From assembly GCA_965153285.1 (NCBI GenBank), contig OZ229117.1: DNA of 64,000 bases, one strand, 5' to 3'. The first letter of the stretch is position 1. Every line of letters begins with the position of its first letter. The translations under genes and the position numbers were made by a program. This DNA is from Podarcis tiliguerta (lineage: Eukaryota). Under the pieces are notes generated by a model. The model did not search any database. It was not told the origin of the DNA and was given only the letters and a program-made list of their open reading frames with translations. Positions 62,851 to 64,000 of the stretch are shown here, piece by piece.

Positions 62851-64000
62851 ACATATCTGGCACTCAGAGAGGAGACAGTGCCCAGGAATGTCAGAGTAGG
62901 AAGCACCTGGATTTGCAACAAGGGGTGGTGGATTCCAGGCCTCCCAAGCAAGACTTGCATGCCATGGACATTCAACATCAGCCCTGCTACTGGCACACAG
63001 TGAGAGCCAGAGGTGAGATTAACCAATAGACCTTCTTGTGAGAACCAGTAACTTGGGATCAGTGCTGGCTCAAGCGTTTGCAGGCCCTCATGTATGGCAC
63101 ATTCAGGGTGGGCCACTCTAAGCTGGAAGAGGTGCAACATGCAAATAAAAAAGATCTTTGGCACTATATGATCTTCTGGTATACTTTGAGCAAAGTGGAA
63201 ATGGTAGCACTGTTTGGCTTGTGAGCTCCTCAGCTGGTCTCGGGACCTTGGCAACTCCATCACAGGTCTAGAAACCTATGTAGCTCCAGTACAAATCTGG
63301 AGCCTACGAAGGGCTGAAATAGTGAGAAGAAAGCTGAAGTATCACCAAGGCAACACAATGAGTAGGGAGGTATTGAATATGGATATTGAAGGCCATGCAG
63401 TGACTGGCTGCTGACTGACTCCTTCCTACTTCTTCTGCTATGGAGGATAAAAAGCAGCAGAGGAGGAGGAAAGGTGAGCTCCAAGCAGAAAGAAGGTGAG
63501 CTGTTCATAGAAGAGGAAAATAGGTTATGTAGCAACCCTCCAAATCCCATCCACCACAGACCAAGCAAAGATGACACAGGGAGAATGCAAGCCAGCTGAT
63601 GATGAGTCATCCATGCTATCTTGGGGGCTAAGGAAGCTCTAGGCTCCTGTCTGGCTTGTGTCAGAAGGGCCAGGACAATGCTAAGGTTGTGTCAGGCTGG
63701 GTTTCTTCCTCTCCCCCTTGACTGAGACATATGGGGCTTCATACTGCAAAATTTCTTCCTCAGGGGTGAGGGGGAATCACACAGCAGCTGTTTTTTTTCT
63801 TCTCTCCCTCTGTGGCTGTTTGAAAATTTCTCAGTCACAGAATAATAAAGTGGCAGCATAGTTCTGGAAGTGAGGGTCACCCAATGATCTAGGCCAGGTC
63901 AGCCAACATGGCTATTGTTGGGCTGCAACTCAAATCAGTCCCTGCTAGCGTAGACAACGGCCAGGAATGGTGGGAATTGTAGTCCACAACATCTGGAGGC

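Overview
Vertebrate nuclear DNA from a squamate reptile, very probably a lacertid lizard: it carries Sauria/Squam1 SINEs of the lacertid type, young Squam3 SINEs, and BovB, CR1, L2 and Rex1/Babar LINEs. I cannot identify a host protein-coding gene. The only ORFs with recognisable homology are retrotransposon fragments: CR1 ORF2 13563-14048, BovB 35967-36428, Rex1-like RT 50549-51388, L2 C-termini, and a decayed CR1 ORF1 at about 53290-53710. The window looks like a large intron or gene desert. Dense SINE, LINE, MITE and solo-LTR insertions, several nested, alternate with TE-free, AT-rich blocks that retain CpGs and carry Hox/Cdx, SOX, TCF and homeobox motifs. These blocks resemble conserved non-coding enhancers of a developmental locus, but that is inference without alignments. 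The most unusual directly visible structures are a long decayed inverted repeat at the window start (1-206 vs 649-1186), a candidate frame-preserving 63-nt cassette exon (54301-54363), an LTR-like family with terminal inverted repeats, and three SINE/LINE tail-sharing pairs. I found no convincing novel multi-gene system. Repeat boundaries without TIRs or TSDs are approximate, and family names come from recalled consensus features, not a database search.
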